From the NCBI RefSeq assembly GCF_006345805.1, contig NC_042999.1, positions 37,448,001-37,512,000 on the forward strand: a DNA stretch of 64,000 nt. The letters are read 5' to 3'. Shown piece after piece: positions 1 through 13,164 of the stretch (the stretch's first letter is position 1; each line of letters opens with the position of its first letter). The notes below the pieces were generated by a model. The model was not told where the DNA came from. It was given only the letters and a program-made list of their open reading frames with translations, and did no database searches. The position numbers and the translations under genes were made by a program. The DNA comes from Octopus sinensis. Taxonomy: Eukaryota.

Positions 1-546
1 CTGAGTTTCAAAGTCAAGGTTGTCACTGCAGAGCCTGCGCATACGGAGGAATTGGGAGTAGGGGATGGAGAGCTTGGTGTAAGTAGGGTGGGAGGCGGAG
101 AAGTTGAGGTATGAGTGTAAGTCTGTGTGTTTGTGGTGGATGGAGATAGTGAGAGTGGAGTTGTGTATGTTGACTGAAATGTCGAGAAAGACGGAAGTGT
201 TGGAGATGGTGCAGGAGAATTCGAGAGCAGGATGGAAAGATTGGACAAAAGAGAGGAAGGAATCTAGTTGTTTGCAGGAGAGCAGGGTCGCGGCGATATA
301 ACGACCGTATAGTTAGGGAGTGAGACCAGTGAATCTTGAAAATATTTGGGCCTCAACGTAGCCAACGAACAGGTTCGCATAGTTGGGGCCCATTTTCGTT
401 CCTATGGCCATTCCCGAGAAATGCTGGTAAAACTCTCCCGCGAACAAGCAGTTGAGGGAGAGAACAAGTTTGGCCAGACGAAGAAGTGTGGACGTGTTAT
501 GTTGGGGGTCGGGTCGAAGGTCTAGGAAGTGTTTGAGGGCAAGAAG
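1..546 (-). mobile_element. Penelope-like element reverse transcriptase fragment (degenerate)
   Basis: Minus-strand translation gives ...LNCLFAGEFYQHFSGMAIGTKMGPNYANLFVGYVE...*LYGRYI... and later HKHTDLHSYLNFSASHPTYTKLSIPYSQFLRMRRLCSD, which are PLE RT motifs. In-frame stop; YIDD motif destroyed. Confidence 0.85.
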
Positions 547-1142
547 TTTTCATGGTGTGGTATAACCGTATATAGACACTTGATATCTAAATGTAGAGAA
601 ATTTAGAGGGGCATATTAAGATAACTTAGTGTTCGGGAAATCTGTTTCGATAATGTAAGTTCCAAATATGTACTGCTGTTGATATGTACGAATACGACGT
701 TTGAAGATAGTGCTCCAGCAGAGCCGAAGCAATTATAACGCAAGACTTTTTTTCTTTAAATCATGGAAATTCACTTCAGTTGAAATTAAATCCAGTTCTT
801 GAAAATATTTGAAACATCAAATACTGTAACTTAATTATATAAAATCCCATTTTACCTAATTATTTTTAATTAACTTCCCAATGGGACGCTACAATGCTGT
901 ATTACTTAAAAGCAAAATATTCTTAGGCAATTTTTCAAAACTTACTTTGTGTGTTATTTTTTAGTATTGTTTCTAAAATTTTCTGTTGCTTAACCCTCAT
1001 GTTCACACTGGTCAAACAAATGTATTCCAGACATGGCCATCCCGTCTGAAACTAACTTATCTAATCCGAAATTTCAGTGTTAGGCTATCAAATAAATTCG
1101 TTGGTTTTTTTTTTCTTACCAGTTATTTTAGTCCCTTCCAAT

Positions 1143-1538
1143 ATTGGATGGATGGAAGCACTCCGTCGGTTACGACGATGAGGGTTCCGGTTGATGCGAA
1201 TCAACGGAACAGCCTGCTCGTGAAATTAACGTGTAAGTGGCTGAGCACTCCACAGACACATGCACCCTTAACGTAGTTCTCGGGGATATTCAGCGTGACA
1301 CAGAGAGTGACAAGGCCGGCCCCTTGAAATACAGGTACAACAGAAACAGGAAGAAAGAGTGAGAGAAAGTTGTGGTGAAAGGGTACAGCAGGGATCACCA
1401 CCATCCCCTGCCGGAGCCTCGTGGAGCTTTTAGGTGTTTTCGCTCAATAAACACTCACAACGCCCGGTCTGGGAATCGAAACTGCGATCCTATGACCGCG
1501 AGTCCGCTGCCCTAACCACTGGGCCATTGCGCCTCCAC
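1143..1538 (-). mobile_element. tRNA-derived SINE family A
   Basis: Head with A-box TGGCCCAGTGG and B-box-like GTTTCGATTCC; near-identical copies at 11701 and 13165. Confidence 0.85.
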
Positions 1539-2642
1539 CTTCCAATATTATTTGAATGAACACGAAAAATATTTCTATCGCAGTGTTTTTATGGTATTTT
1601 ACGACTCTATTCTTCGTCTACAATTTTTGTTTATCGTTTTAGAAATCTGAATAAATTTTGCCTTTTTTTTAGGCTTATGATGATCGAATGCCTAGCTAAA
1701 GATAAAAAAACCCCAACGAAATCATCCAATAAAAAGGACTTGATTTTAGAGAGATTTGATAGCTATTTCTACCCTGTCGTGCATCCAGGTCGTAGGCTCC
1801 TCTTGTTTTAAATCTGTTCTATAAATATATGGTTGTTATTGCTTTGTTGTTTAACTCCAGACCTGTCCTAATTGAGTAGTTCTATGATCGAAGGCATTTC
1901 AACCATCTTTTTACAAATATATAGGGCTATATTAGCCAATGTATCCCTTACTTTCTAAAGACAGTAGAGCGTGATTTTAGGAAAAGTTGGCTGCCATTTA
2001 CAAGAAAATCGGAGACAATACAGTCTTCTTCGTTAGCTCATCTAAGCATGGTTGTCTCAAATGTTTATTTCTTATCAACCAAAATTACAATTGGGATGTT
2101 TGCTATATTCTCTGACAATTCTGGAATTTTGTTCAAAATCTGAAGCAACTACAGCCACAGTGTAGAAGAGTCATTGAATAAAGCTGCTCAGTTAACTTCA
2201 AATTTGAATTTATCTCACGAGGTGTCAAAATTTCATCGCACAACTACATGGTCACTAATAATTGTATTTTTTTATTAGGTCATCTTTATAAAAAAACATC
2301 AATGCAGATCCGGCTGTTGATTGATATATTTCTTATGGTCATACTGGTAAGATATTAATAATATATTGGCGTATTCAATCTGACATTTTGTCGCACATGT
2401 GAAACAATAGCTTAACATCTATATTTAGAAAAAGGAAACACGCATAGAATTTTAATTTAATGATTTTCTTTCCCTTCTATATTTCAGGTTATATAACAGG
2501 CATCATGGTGAAATACCGAATTACTGCATTCAGGCGACAGAATTCTTCAAATAACTTACAAAATATATTCAAGAAGAATCCGTTTGGATATAACTATATT
2601 CGATAAGAAGAAATAGATTAATTTATCAGTGAATACTTCACA

Positions 2643-3638
2643 ATGAAAGAACATACAAATTTATCTTCAAATTTTACTTTGATAGATAAACCGAATCAGA
2701 TCCTTGAGATTGCTGGAACTTTACATATATATGCGTTGCCCGTCCTAATAGCCTTTGGAATCCCAAGCAATTTGCTGTCTCTGGTTGTTTTCACATGTAG
2801 CACAGCCATGAATAAGCTTCCATCCAGTACATATATGGCAGCACTTGCTCTATCAGATTCAGGCTTTCTTTCAATTCTCTTATGCATCTGGCTGCAACAA
2901 ATGAAAATACAAGAATATGTCACACAGTTGTGGTGTCAAGTAATTGTTTTTGGTGCGTATATATTTGGCTTTTTGTCGGTTTGGTTCACAGTTTTATTTA
3001 CAATAGAACGATACAAAGTAATATGCTATCCCTTGAAAGCAACACAGATTTGTTCTAAACGGAGGGCTCGGTTATCTACTCTTATAATCTGTATAATCGC
3101 CATGTTTCTGTATTTTTCCAGTTTTTGGACGACCATCAATCACCAAGGAGAATGCACATTTCGTGAAGAACTGTTCATATTACTTACAATAATAACTTAC
3201 GTCGATACTATAATTACGTTTTTAATACCATTCTTAGCCATTGTTTTTATGAATATAAGAATAATCTTCGCTGTGCGCGCGTTAAAAAAGCGCATCAATT
3301 GGCTACAGGAATCTCAGCCTCACGAAAAGATCCAAAATTTGTTGTCAAAAACACAAATGAAGCTGACCAAGTCGTTGGTAATCGTTTCAAGCGTTTTCTT
3401 AATGTTAGTCCTTCCCAGCCATTTTACGAGATTTTATTTTCTAATTTTCACCCATTTTTTATCTTCTGATTTAAAATTAACTTTGCAAACTGCTCAGTAC
3501 ATCTTGCAATTTCCTTACTATTTAACATTTGGCATCAACTTCCTTCTTTACACTTGTACAAGTTATATGTTCCGACAAGGTCTTTTGGAAATTTATCGAA
3601 ATATTAAAGAGAAAGTTCGATCGATAAAGTTTAAATGA
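2643..3638 (+). CDS. Class A (rhodopsin-like) GPCR, FMRFamide/TRH-receptor-like orphan peptide receptor, 331 aa, single coding exon
   Basis: Seven hydrophobic segments; N-glycosylation sequons NLS/NFT; TM2 LALSD; ECL1 WC and ECL2 Cys; TM3 ERY followed by ICYPLKA; TM6 LVLP; TM7 INFLLY. Polypyrimidine tract plus AG acceptor at 2486-2487 upstream. Confidence 0.93.
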   Translation: MKEHTNLSSNFTLIDKPNQILEIAGTLHIYALPVLIAFGIPSNLLSLVVFTCSTAMNKLPSSTYMAALALSDSGFLSILLCIWLQQMKIQEYVTQLWCQVIVFGAYIFGFLSVWFTVLFTIERYKVICYPLKATQICSKRRARLSTLIICIIAMFLYFSSFWTTINHQGECTFREELFILLTIITYVDTIITFLIPFLAIVFMNIRIIFAVRALKKRINWLQESQPHEKIQNLLSKTQMKLTKSLVIVSSVFLMLVLPSHFTRFYFLIFTHFLSSDLKLTLQTAQYILQFPYYLTFGINFLLYTCTSYMFRQGLLEIYRNIKEKVRSIKFK

Positions 3639-3844
3639 ATTTGCGGAGGAATACAAAATATCGTCATTTTTTAATTATTTTTCAAGAAACAAGCTGCTAA
3701 TATAATCGACCATATGTGTACATTAACTGTTTACTTTTTTAAATTAAAATTTGTGTCACTATTATTGCCTAATCCAAGATGTATTTTATGGATATAGTGA
3801 CAGCACAACAATAAATCCGATTATTCACTATATACCCATACACC

Positions 3845-3862
3845 TGTATATCTATCTATCTG

Positions 3863-3936
<74 letters not shown>

Positions 3937-3972
3937 CACCAGTCTGCCTGTCTGTTTGTCTGTCTGTCTGTC

Positions 3973-4004
<32 letters not shown>

Positions 4005-4110
4005 TGTATGTATGTATTATGTATGTATACACACACATGTGTGTATATATATAAGCACAAAATGTTGCTTAAAACACACACACACACACATATATATAAA
4101 TATTTATATA

Positions 4111-4181
<71 letters not shown>

Positions 4182-4187
4182 ATATAG
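3845..4187. repeat. Compound microsatellite (TATC)n/(TATG)n/(CA)n/(TA)n
   Basis: Directly visible simple repeats. Confidence 0.95.
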
Positions 4188-7100
4188 TGGATTAACTGTT
4201 AAAGTGGACGGACGTCTATTTGTTTCTCTCCCAAGTCAGTAGCAAGCTACACAGCTTCAAAACTAACTGACCTTAAATATATATATATATTTGTAACCAC
4301 GTGTTTGCCTACAAACCCGTAAGTACGTTTTCATTTAACTACAAATTGTTATATACACCTGTTTTTCTTTTAATATCCTCAAACAACCAAATAATCAAAA
4401 ACTCACACCCTTAAGAGAGAACATTTATATATATATACACTTCTTTAACTCCCAAGAAAGAATATATATATTTTCAAAAATCAAAAGGAAAACAAACAAA
4501 AGAAAAACAAACATGACTAACTTGCAGGCCTGCAACAGACGAATTGGTCTGATAACGAAATTGATTTTAATAAACACATGGTTCTCTCTTTCCCAAACAG
4601 AAAATCTAAATGTTTTGTGTTTGAATGAGATTGCCGAAAAAACATCACAAGTGGTCAACACACGATCCGTCAAACAGATTCGTAACAAGCTGAAACATAT
4701 CGAAGTATCTTTCAACTGCAAACTGACCAAAAAGCCTTTTGAAAAGCTTCTTCATATTTTCACAGTTCAAGAACAGAAACAGCTAGAAAATCAGCAGCCA
4801 CAACAACAAACACAACAGAATGAGCCACTCCTAGTTCCCAGCACAATGGCTGACCCTAACATCGGTCAAGCACGACAACAACAACAACAGCCACAGCAAC
4901 AAGAAAAACAACACACTCCTCAACTCTAGCTTACTAGACGATTCACTAAATGCCAGTATCTTTTCACCGCTCTCACAGCAACCACCACAATTATCATCAT
5001 CATCATCACCACCGCTGCCACCATCGTCTTCTATCACCAAAAATACCAACAGAAACCAAATAAGAAACCATTGCCCTCTTCCCCCACATCACCACCTCAA
5101 TACTACTGCAGTAACAAAAACTTAAGAAACATAGGAAGCAGAATGCGCCCCCACGGCACAAACAAGAAATCCCCAAATATGCCGCTATTCACTGCGCCAG
5201 AGACTCTGCACAAATAGTGACTGCATCTTCACGCATCTACCGGCACTAGACGCACTACCGGCCAAGGCCAAAGCACGCATCCCACAATAACATCAACACC
5301 ACCAAATAGTAAATCGAATTCAAAACACACACACTCGGAGTCCCAAAATCTGCCGGTATTCCCAACGTGAGAGAACATGTCTACTGAGTGACTGTCCCTT
5401 CACTCATCTTCCAGGGACCCGACGCACAAACAGAAACGGGGCTTCAAGCCAACACACAAACCTGAATAAAAATAAAAATAGAAACACACCATGCTGCAGT
5501 AATGCTGGTCCAGTCTTTTCAGGAAGACACAAAAACAACAACAACAAAAGTGGAAACTACAACCCTATCCAACAGTGCAACCACACCTCCAGCCAAAAAC
5601 TGCTCCCTAAGCAGGAAAATTCTTTTTTAGCCATGTTGAACATGGCAAAAGAGATACACAAAAACATTCTAGCCATCACTCAACACCATCCTATGCTATT
5701 ACCCCAGTGCACCAATTCCCCACATTGCTGCCAAACACACACAAAAAATCCAAGCCCCCTGCAACAGTCAAAACCAGCCACTACACTAACCTCCACATTC
5801 CTACTCAATGCACAAGGTGTCAGCCCTTCCATCAATGCACAAAAATGGAAGGTCCAATTCATTGAAGACTGGGTTGGTAACCATTCACACCACATCCCCT
5901 TCTTCATTCTCACTGAGACCCACCTTGACAACTCCCACTTGGAGGCCGAACCGAAGTGAGAGTGAAGAATTTCACAACCATCCGCGCGGATCGTATCGGC
6001 AGGAGGAAGGGTGGAACTGCCATTTTCCTGCATGATTCATTTACGGCAGATGGAAATAGTATATTCTCCAACGGCTACTGTGAATCAGTCACCGTGCACA
6101 ACAAAGCCAATGACCTGACAGTAATTGGGCTCTATAGGCCGCCCCAAACACCCATACTGTGCTTTAAAGAATGCCTCAACAGCATTAAGTGCTTTATTCA
6201 ACAGTGCCATTCTAGCAACATACTCATGATGGGAGACTTCAATCTACCCTGTGTTGACTGGACTACAAACTGTTTGAAACCAAGCACTCCCGCCTCAACC
6301 GCTGACAAAGAAGCAGCAGAGTCACTTTTCGACTTTACGAATGAGTTTTTCTTGTCCCAACTTGTCCTTGCACCAACAAGACATCAGAACATTTTGGACC
6401 TAGTGTTTAGTAACCACACTAACACTATACATAACGTTACAGTGGAAAAAACCCTTCTTTCAGACCATGACATGGTTCTCTGTAACATGAAATTCCACCA
6501 GCCGAAAGCTAATCCTAGTGACCTTCCTCCAGCCCACCCATTTGACAACATGGATCTCCATAATGCCAACTGGGATGCAATCAGGAACGAGCTATCACAT
6601 GTTGACTGGTCCTTTACACATACACACATCTCCACCAACCATAAAACATCTTGGCAGATCTTTGTAGACACCGTCACAGACATATGTGCAAAACACTCCC
6701 CACCAAGACCTGTGAACAAAAGTGCAGAATCCCCAAAACAGAAAAACCATTATCAGAAAAATAAAAAGAACAAACAAAAAATTAACAAACTAAAGTACTG
6801 CCAACAGCAACACACACATTCGACGGCTATCGCACTGCTTGAATCTAAAAAATATAACCTCCAACAATGCATGAAGACCCTCATCAATAACAAAGATCAG
6901 CTGAGGAGAAGTGGGCCATTGAAAAAATCAAACTCAACCCCAAAGTGTTCTTTTCATTTGCGAGAGGAAACGCAGGGTCACTGTCTCCACTGTAGGCCCT
7001 CTAATTGACGAAACTGGCACTCTCCAAGATAATGCCAAATCCATGGCCGAGATACTGCAGAAACAATACTGCTCTGTTTTCAGCAATCCTGATATGGCCG

Positions 7101-8815
7101 ATCTGGGCTGTATCAGTGATGTCAACCCCCAACACACTATATCGGACATAACGTTTAGTGCCCCTGATGTCTTAGCGGCGATAAACGAAATAAAACACAA
7201 TTCAGCAGTAGGCCCCGATAGGTTCCCTGCTTGTGTCCTGAAGGTGTGTCGACACCAACTTGCATCTCCCCTTGCTAATCTGTGGAGAAACTCACTGGAT
7301 GCTGGCTATATTCCAAAAAACCTTCTGTCCCAGTCTGTTGTCCCAGTTTTCAAAAAGGGAAACAAGTCCCTTGCAGTGAATTACCGTCCGATCTCACTCA
7401 CCTCTCATATCATCAAGGTATTTGAGAGGGTGGTGAGATCTCGAATAACCCAATTTCTGGAAAGCAACAGACGGCTGATCTCCAACCAACATGGGTTCCG
7501 TAATGGAAGGGACTGCCTAACGCAGCTCCTGCATCACTTTGAGGACATTTTGAGAGCTTTGGGAGAGGGCTCCAACACCGATGTCATCTACCTTGATTTC
7601 AGTAAGGCCTTCGACAGGGTCGATCACAAGATCCTATTGAAAAAACTATCCAACATTGGTGTCTCTGGAAAGTTACTGAAATGGATCAAGTGTTCCTGAC
7701 AGACAGATCTCAACATGTTGTAGTTGAAGGGGTAAAATCAAGCCCAGCCAAAGTCAGTAGTGGCGTTCCGCAAGGCACTGTGCTGGGCCCACTTCTTTTC
7801 ATCATTTACATTAATGATATTAATGACATCATCAAGCACAGCAACATAAAAATCTTTGCAGATGACTCCAAGCAACAGAAGGTCATAAATGAGGCGAGTG
7901 ACCGGACATGCCTTCAGTCAGATCTACTGGCTGTTATCCAATGGCAGAAAAAAACAATATGCTGCTGAACGAGGATAAATTTGAGCTAATCCACTTTGGA
8001 AAGAGGATGCCCTGAAACTCCCATACTCCCTTCCTTCAGGTGAAACTCTCGCGGCGTCCAACAACATCAGAGACTTGGGAGTAATTGTGGACAACAACAT
8101 AAGCTGGGCCACTCATATAAACACCAAAGTTGACATGGCCCGCAGAATGTGTTCCTGGATTCTCAGAACTTTCCAGTCGAGAGATATCCACACCATTATC
8201 CTTCTCTTCTCCACTTTTGCCCGACCCCACCTTGAATACTGTTGTCCACTGTGGTCTCCCCACACAATACAAGGTATCATAAAAGTTGAAGCACCTCAAA
8301 GGGCAATCACAAAAAAGATAGATGGCATGACAGGCCTCGACTATTGGGGTCGACTAAAAGCTAAAACTCTATTCTCTCCAACGTCGTCGTGAGCGCTACA
8401 TCATCTGCATGATGTGGAAAATATTCCATCAGCATTGCCCAAATGATGTTGGCATCACCTTCAAGGTACATCCCAGGCTTGGGCCCCGTGCCATCCGCCC
8501 AAAACAAAAATCGCACTCTCATCTCATAACAACAATACGGCACAATTATTTCTCCTCAATTGGCCCCGCTCTCTTTAACATTACACCCAAACACATTAAA
8601 ACAGAAACTGACCCTATAGGGTTCAAGAAGTCTTTGGACAGATTCCTTCAAGAAATCCCGGATAACCCCCTACACCCGGATATGTCTCTGTAAACAATAA
8701 CTCTCTACTTGAGTGGGCCATAGTGCCCAAATTCTGACTTGAAAGACTTCACCAGGTGGTGCTATTAAGTTAGACATGGCCTGGGCCAATAATGGCCGAA
8801 ACCTATCAAAGTATA
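4188..8815 (+). mobile_element. Near full-length CR1/L2-group non-LTR retrotransposon (ORF1 remnant plus frameshifted APE-RT ORF2)
   Basis: APE motifs GLYRPP, MGDFNLP, PTRHQNILDLVF, SDH (5956-7008). RT motifs NYRPISLTS, QHGFR, YLDFSKAFDRVDH, SGVPQGTVLGPLLF, FADDSK (7043-7968). C-terminal RPHLEYCCPLWSP (8075-8392). Flanked by TA-rich repeats. The 5' boundary is approximate. Confidence 0.92.
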
Positions 8816-8865
8816 TATATTACTCCTTTGTCGTCCTTCTGTGCAATGTTTTAATCCATACACAC

Positions 8866-9227
8866 ACGTGTGTGTGTATGTATGTATGTATGTATGTATG
8901 TATGTATGTATGTATGTATTTATGTATGTATGTATTTATGTATGTATGTATGTATGTATGTATGGTATGTATGTATGTATGTATGTATGTATGTACGTAC
9001 GTACGTATGTATGTATGTATGTATGTATGTATGATGTATGTATGTATGTACGTACGTATGTATGTATGTATTTATGTATGTATATTCATGGGTTTAAAAA
9101 GCTGCACAAAAAGACGACAAACGAGCACAAGGAAGATCACACCAAGAGATTTGGATATTCTCATCCCACGTCAGTTTTCGTTCAAGAATCATAACAATTT
9201 TGCACCTGTAATGATAATATATATATG

Positions 9228-9307
<80 letters not shown>

Positions 9308-9582
9308 TACATATATATATATATAAATACATACATACATACTACATCATACATATTATATTAATTAAATAACGAGGGAGATGAATTGAATATTAATTTA
9401 ATTACTATCAATTTAAAACCAGTAGCCTAGCATATATAAAAAAAATCTGAAAAATCAGAAAAATTTCAATATATGTGTATATTTATCCCTAAATATATAC
9501 ATATATACATACATACATACATGCATACATACATACATACACTACATACATACATACATACATACATACATACATACATCAT

Positions 9583-9629
<47 letters not shown>

Positions 9630-9650
9630 ATATATATATAATATATATAT
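8866..9650. repeat. (TATG)n / (TA)n / (CATA)n microsatellite tracts
   Basis: Directly visible; interrupted by a short unique spacer. Confidence 0.9.
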
Positions 9651-9863
9651 AGTTAATCCAAACATGAAAACACAAAGAGAAAACACACCAACGCGAGAAC
9701 GTGGAACAAGTATAGTATTATTGGACACCCAGGAAAGGAAAGAAAGAAGGAGGGTTTAATGTTTCGAGCGGAGTTCTTCGTCAGAAACATAGGAAAAGGA
9801 AAGATCCAGAGAAGGGAAGACGGAGGAAAAAAATCGCCAACGATACACACGCGGTCACATTTT
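9651..9863 (-). mobile_element. PLE pseudo-LTR-type remnant carrying a minimal hammerhead motif (9754-9788)
   Basis: Minus strand reads gttt-CTGACGA-A-GAAC-tccg-CTC-GAAAC-ATT-aaac; inserted between (TA)n tracts. Confidence 0.6.
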
Positions 9864-9880
9864 ATATATATATATATATA

Positions 9881-10145
9881 CATGAGGTATGATGAAAAAG
9901 TATCGGGACTGGTATAGAAAAAAAAAGAAACCTACAACACATTAATATTCGGTATTTATTCCCCTTCGAAGTAACCCACTGAAGTCTCACACATTATCTA
10001 GTGTCATTTCCATTAATGGAAGCATTTCTGGAACTCCCTTTTCTGGTGATAACGAGCATCTACTTTGTCGAATGCTCTTGGATTTCCTCGACGACTTAAA
10101 ATCTTGTTCCTTTCAAGTGAGATTTCAGTTTTGGAAAGCTCCTTA
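9881..10145 (-). mobile_element. mariner transposon 3' end fragment
   Basis: Minus-strand FPKLKSHLKGTRF*VVEEIQ remnant; terminal catgaggtatgatgaaaaagtatcgggact resembles a mariner TIR. Confidence 0.7.
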
Positions 10146-10444
10146 GCCGTAATAACTATCAAACCATGTCTCTTTGCATGTACACACGCGCACTCTCTAT
10201 CTCTCTCCCCTCCCCCGCCCGCATATTTTCTCTGCTATGGTCACTGATGGAAACTCCGTGGTGCGGTGAGACGGCCACACTCTACACCCTTTACTTCGAA
10301 GCACTGCTATAAAAACTGCGAAAGTTAGCAAGAACTTAGTGTGCATGCGCGATAGTGTTCAAAGTCAATCTGTGCCAAGCGGCTTAACTCTATGTACTTT
10401 CGTTCCATTGCCATAGCAACAGTCCCGATACCTTTTGATCAGAT

Positions 10445-10591
10445 CTCGTGTGTGTGTGTGTGTGCGTGCGTATGTGTGTGTATGGATGTGTGTGCGTTTA
10501 TATATATATATATATGATGTGTGTATGTATATATATATATTATATATATATATATGATGTATGTATATATATATATATGATGTATGTGTAT

Positions 10592-10622
<31 letters not shown>

Positions 10623-10687
10623 GATGTATGTAATATATATATATATACACACACACATATGATGTATCTATGTATGTATGTATATAT

Positions 10688-10744
<57 letters not shown>

Positions 10745-10795
10745 TATGTATATATATATACACACACACACATATGATGTATCTATGTATGTATG

Positions 10796-10867
<72 letters not shown>

Positions 10868-10960
10868 CATATATTACATATATATACATACATACATTCA
10901 TATATATATATGTGTGTGTATATATGTACGAATGTATGTATATAAATCAATGTATGTATA
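10445..10960. repeat. (TG)n/(TA)n compound microsatellite
   Basis: Directly visible. Confidence 0.95.
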
Positions 10961-11700
10961 TCTAGTCTGTTGCCTCGCCTACCTGAAATGATGTCTTTCT
11001 TCTGGATATATAACATGTACCAGTAATATACTGCTTGATTCTGTCACCTATGTTCATTCTGTATATAATTTGAATCTTCTCTTATCAAAAGGCGTACATA
11101 CCACCGTGTATTGTAATTATTTACGTATCTATTACATAATTATACATATGTTATATTCTGCATTGCTTTATTTTCTGCTGTCTTAGGTCACATTTTTATG
11201 TCTGCTTGCAAATATATTAGCAATAAATGTATAAATAAAATGAATTTTCCGAAAAATTTTATATATTTTGTTAATGTTCATTTGATTTTAAATGCCTTCT
11301 TTAAATTTGCAGCTCGTAAACTTGTACGTATTTTCTTACATAATGTAAAAGCCATGTTGTTCGCTTAAAGGAATATCTTTTTATGACGGGTATTATAATG
11401 TTATTTCTTCTTGTTCCTTCAATCTGTCTGTTTTCGTCCGTGTGTTACGCCTAGGGAGTTAGTAAGTTGAATGGCGGAGGCTGTATACAGGGGAGACGAA
11501 GAGGGAAATATAAAGAGGGGAATCAGTGAAAAAATAGAAAGACAAAATACGCGGGAAAGAGAGAGGGGAGATGGAAATGTTTATATTATTCTGCATTTGT
11601 GTGTTCAAAGCGGGGGCACAATCGAAATGTTTAACATAATGAAACAATGTTATGAAGATCTGTAAATGTATGCATTAAAAGATGTATTAATAGATAGTTA

Positions 11701-12089
11701 TGGAGGTGCAATGGCCCAGTGGTTAGGGCAGCGGACTCGCGGTCGTAGGATCGCGGTTTCTATTCCCAGACCGGGCGTTGTGAGTGTTTATTGAGCGAAA
11801 ACACCTAAAGCTTCACGAGGGTCAGGCAGGGATGGTGGTGATCCCTGCTGTACTCTTTCACCACAAACTTTCTCTCACTCTTACTTCCTGTTTCTGTTGT
11901 ACCTGTATTTCAAAGGGCCGGCCTTGTCACTCTCTGTGTCACGCTGAATATCCCCGAGAACTACGTTAAGGGTACACGTGTCTGTGGAGTGCTCAGCCAC
12001 TTACACGTTAATTTCACGAGCAGGCTGTTCCGCTGATCGGATCAACCGGAACCCTCGTCGACGTAACCGACGGAGTGCTTCCATCCAAT
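11701..12089 (+). mobile_element. tRNA-derived SINE family A
   Basis: Reverse complement of 1143-1538 at high identity. Confidence 0.85.
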
Positions 12090-12279
12090 AGATAGTTAAA
12101 TTAAAGTGAAATTACCTTAGTTAGCAAATAGCTGTGGATGTTACACTTCTAACTTTTAAGAGTTATTAGGTTTAATTGCTTATCGGTATCATGAGAACAA
12201 CCAGATACATACACCGGTAGAAAGGAGAGTAGATATAATTGATAATTAGATAGGCAGGTAGACAGAAAGACAGACAGAC

Positions 12280-12359
<80 letters not shown>

Positions 12360-12595
12360 GTTTCTTTATTGGCCACACAGGGCTGCACACAGATGGGACA
12401 AGTTACAAGGTAGAGCTTTTCTTTTGGGGGATGAAAAAACAAAAAACAAAAGAAAAAAAAGGGGGTGGCGTAGGTTTTCGATCAAGAGGGATCGTAAAAG
12501 GAAGAAAAGAACAAAAAAAATTAATAAATAAAATGAAAAATAAAAAGAATAAAAAGAAAAAAAGAAAAGGAAAAGGAACAAAAGAAAAGAGAAAT

Positions 12596-12669
<74 letters not shown>

Positions 12670-13164
12670 CAGATGATAGATAGATATGTGAGTTTACACA
12701 TATCTCAATAGATATGCAAATAGAGAGATATATTAATAGACATACAAATAGATTGGCGAACTGAACTGAAATGAAAATAATCTCCATTGGCAAATAACTT
12801 GAACTGAGCCTTGGTGGTAGTTAGATAGCGAAAAGTGCTTTATCTTTTCACATCATCTCTATTTCCTTAAACTATAAAGTACATAATATTTGTCAAACAC
12901 ATTAAAAGAAGGTAGATAAGCAATACCTTTTAAGTTCCTTTCAATTATATTTAAAAGTTGTTGTTGTGACCCCCTTCGGTCAGACACTGACCATGGGATT
13001 GCACCTAGAAAGTTACCTTCCCAGGCACAGGTCTGAGCAAGGTTGTTTATGGAAGGCCAGCAGTCGCCCACGCATGCCAGCCTCCCCTCTTCACGCCACC
13101 GATGTTATCCAAGGGAAAGGCAAAAGCCGATACAGCTTGGCACCAGTGACGTCGCAGCTCATTT

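Noticed and set aside
8775-8815. LINE 3' end CTG-GGCC-aataat-GGCC-GAAAC as a hammerhead
   Set aside because: The ANGA of the core is missing in both copies and there is no stem I; treated as a 3' stem-loop.
11701-11775. SINE heads as tRNA genes
   Set aside because: A and B boxes are present but there is no full cloverleaf, and they run into SINE bodies.
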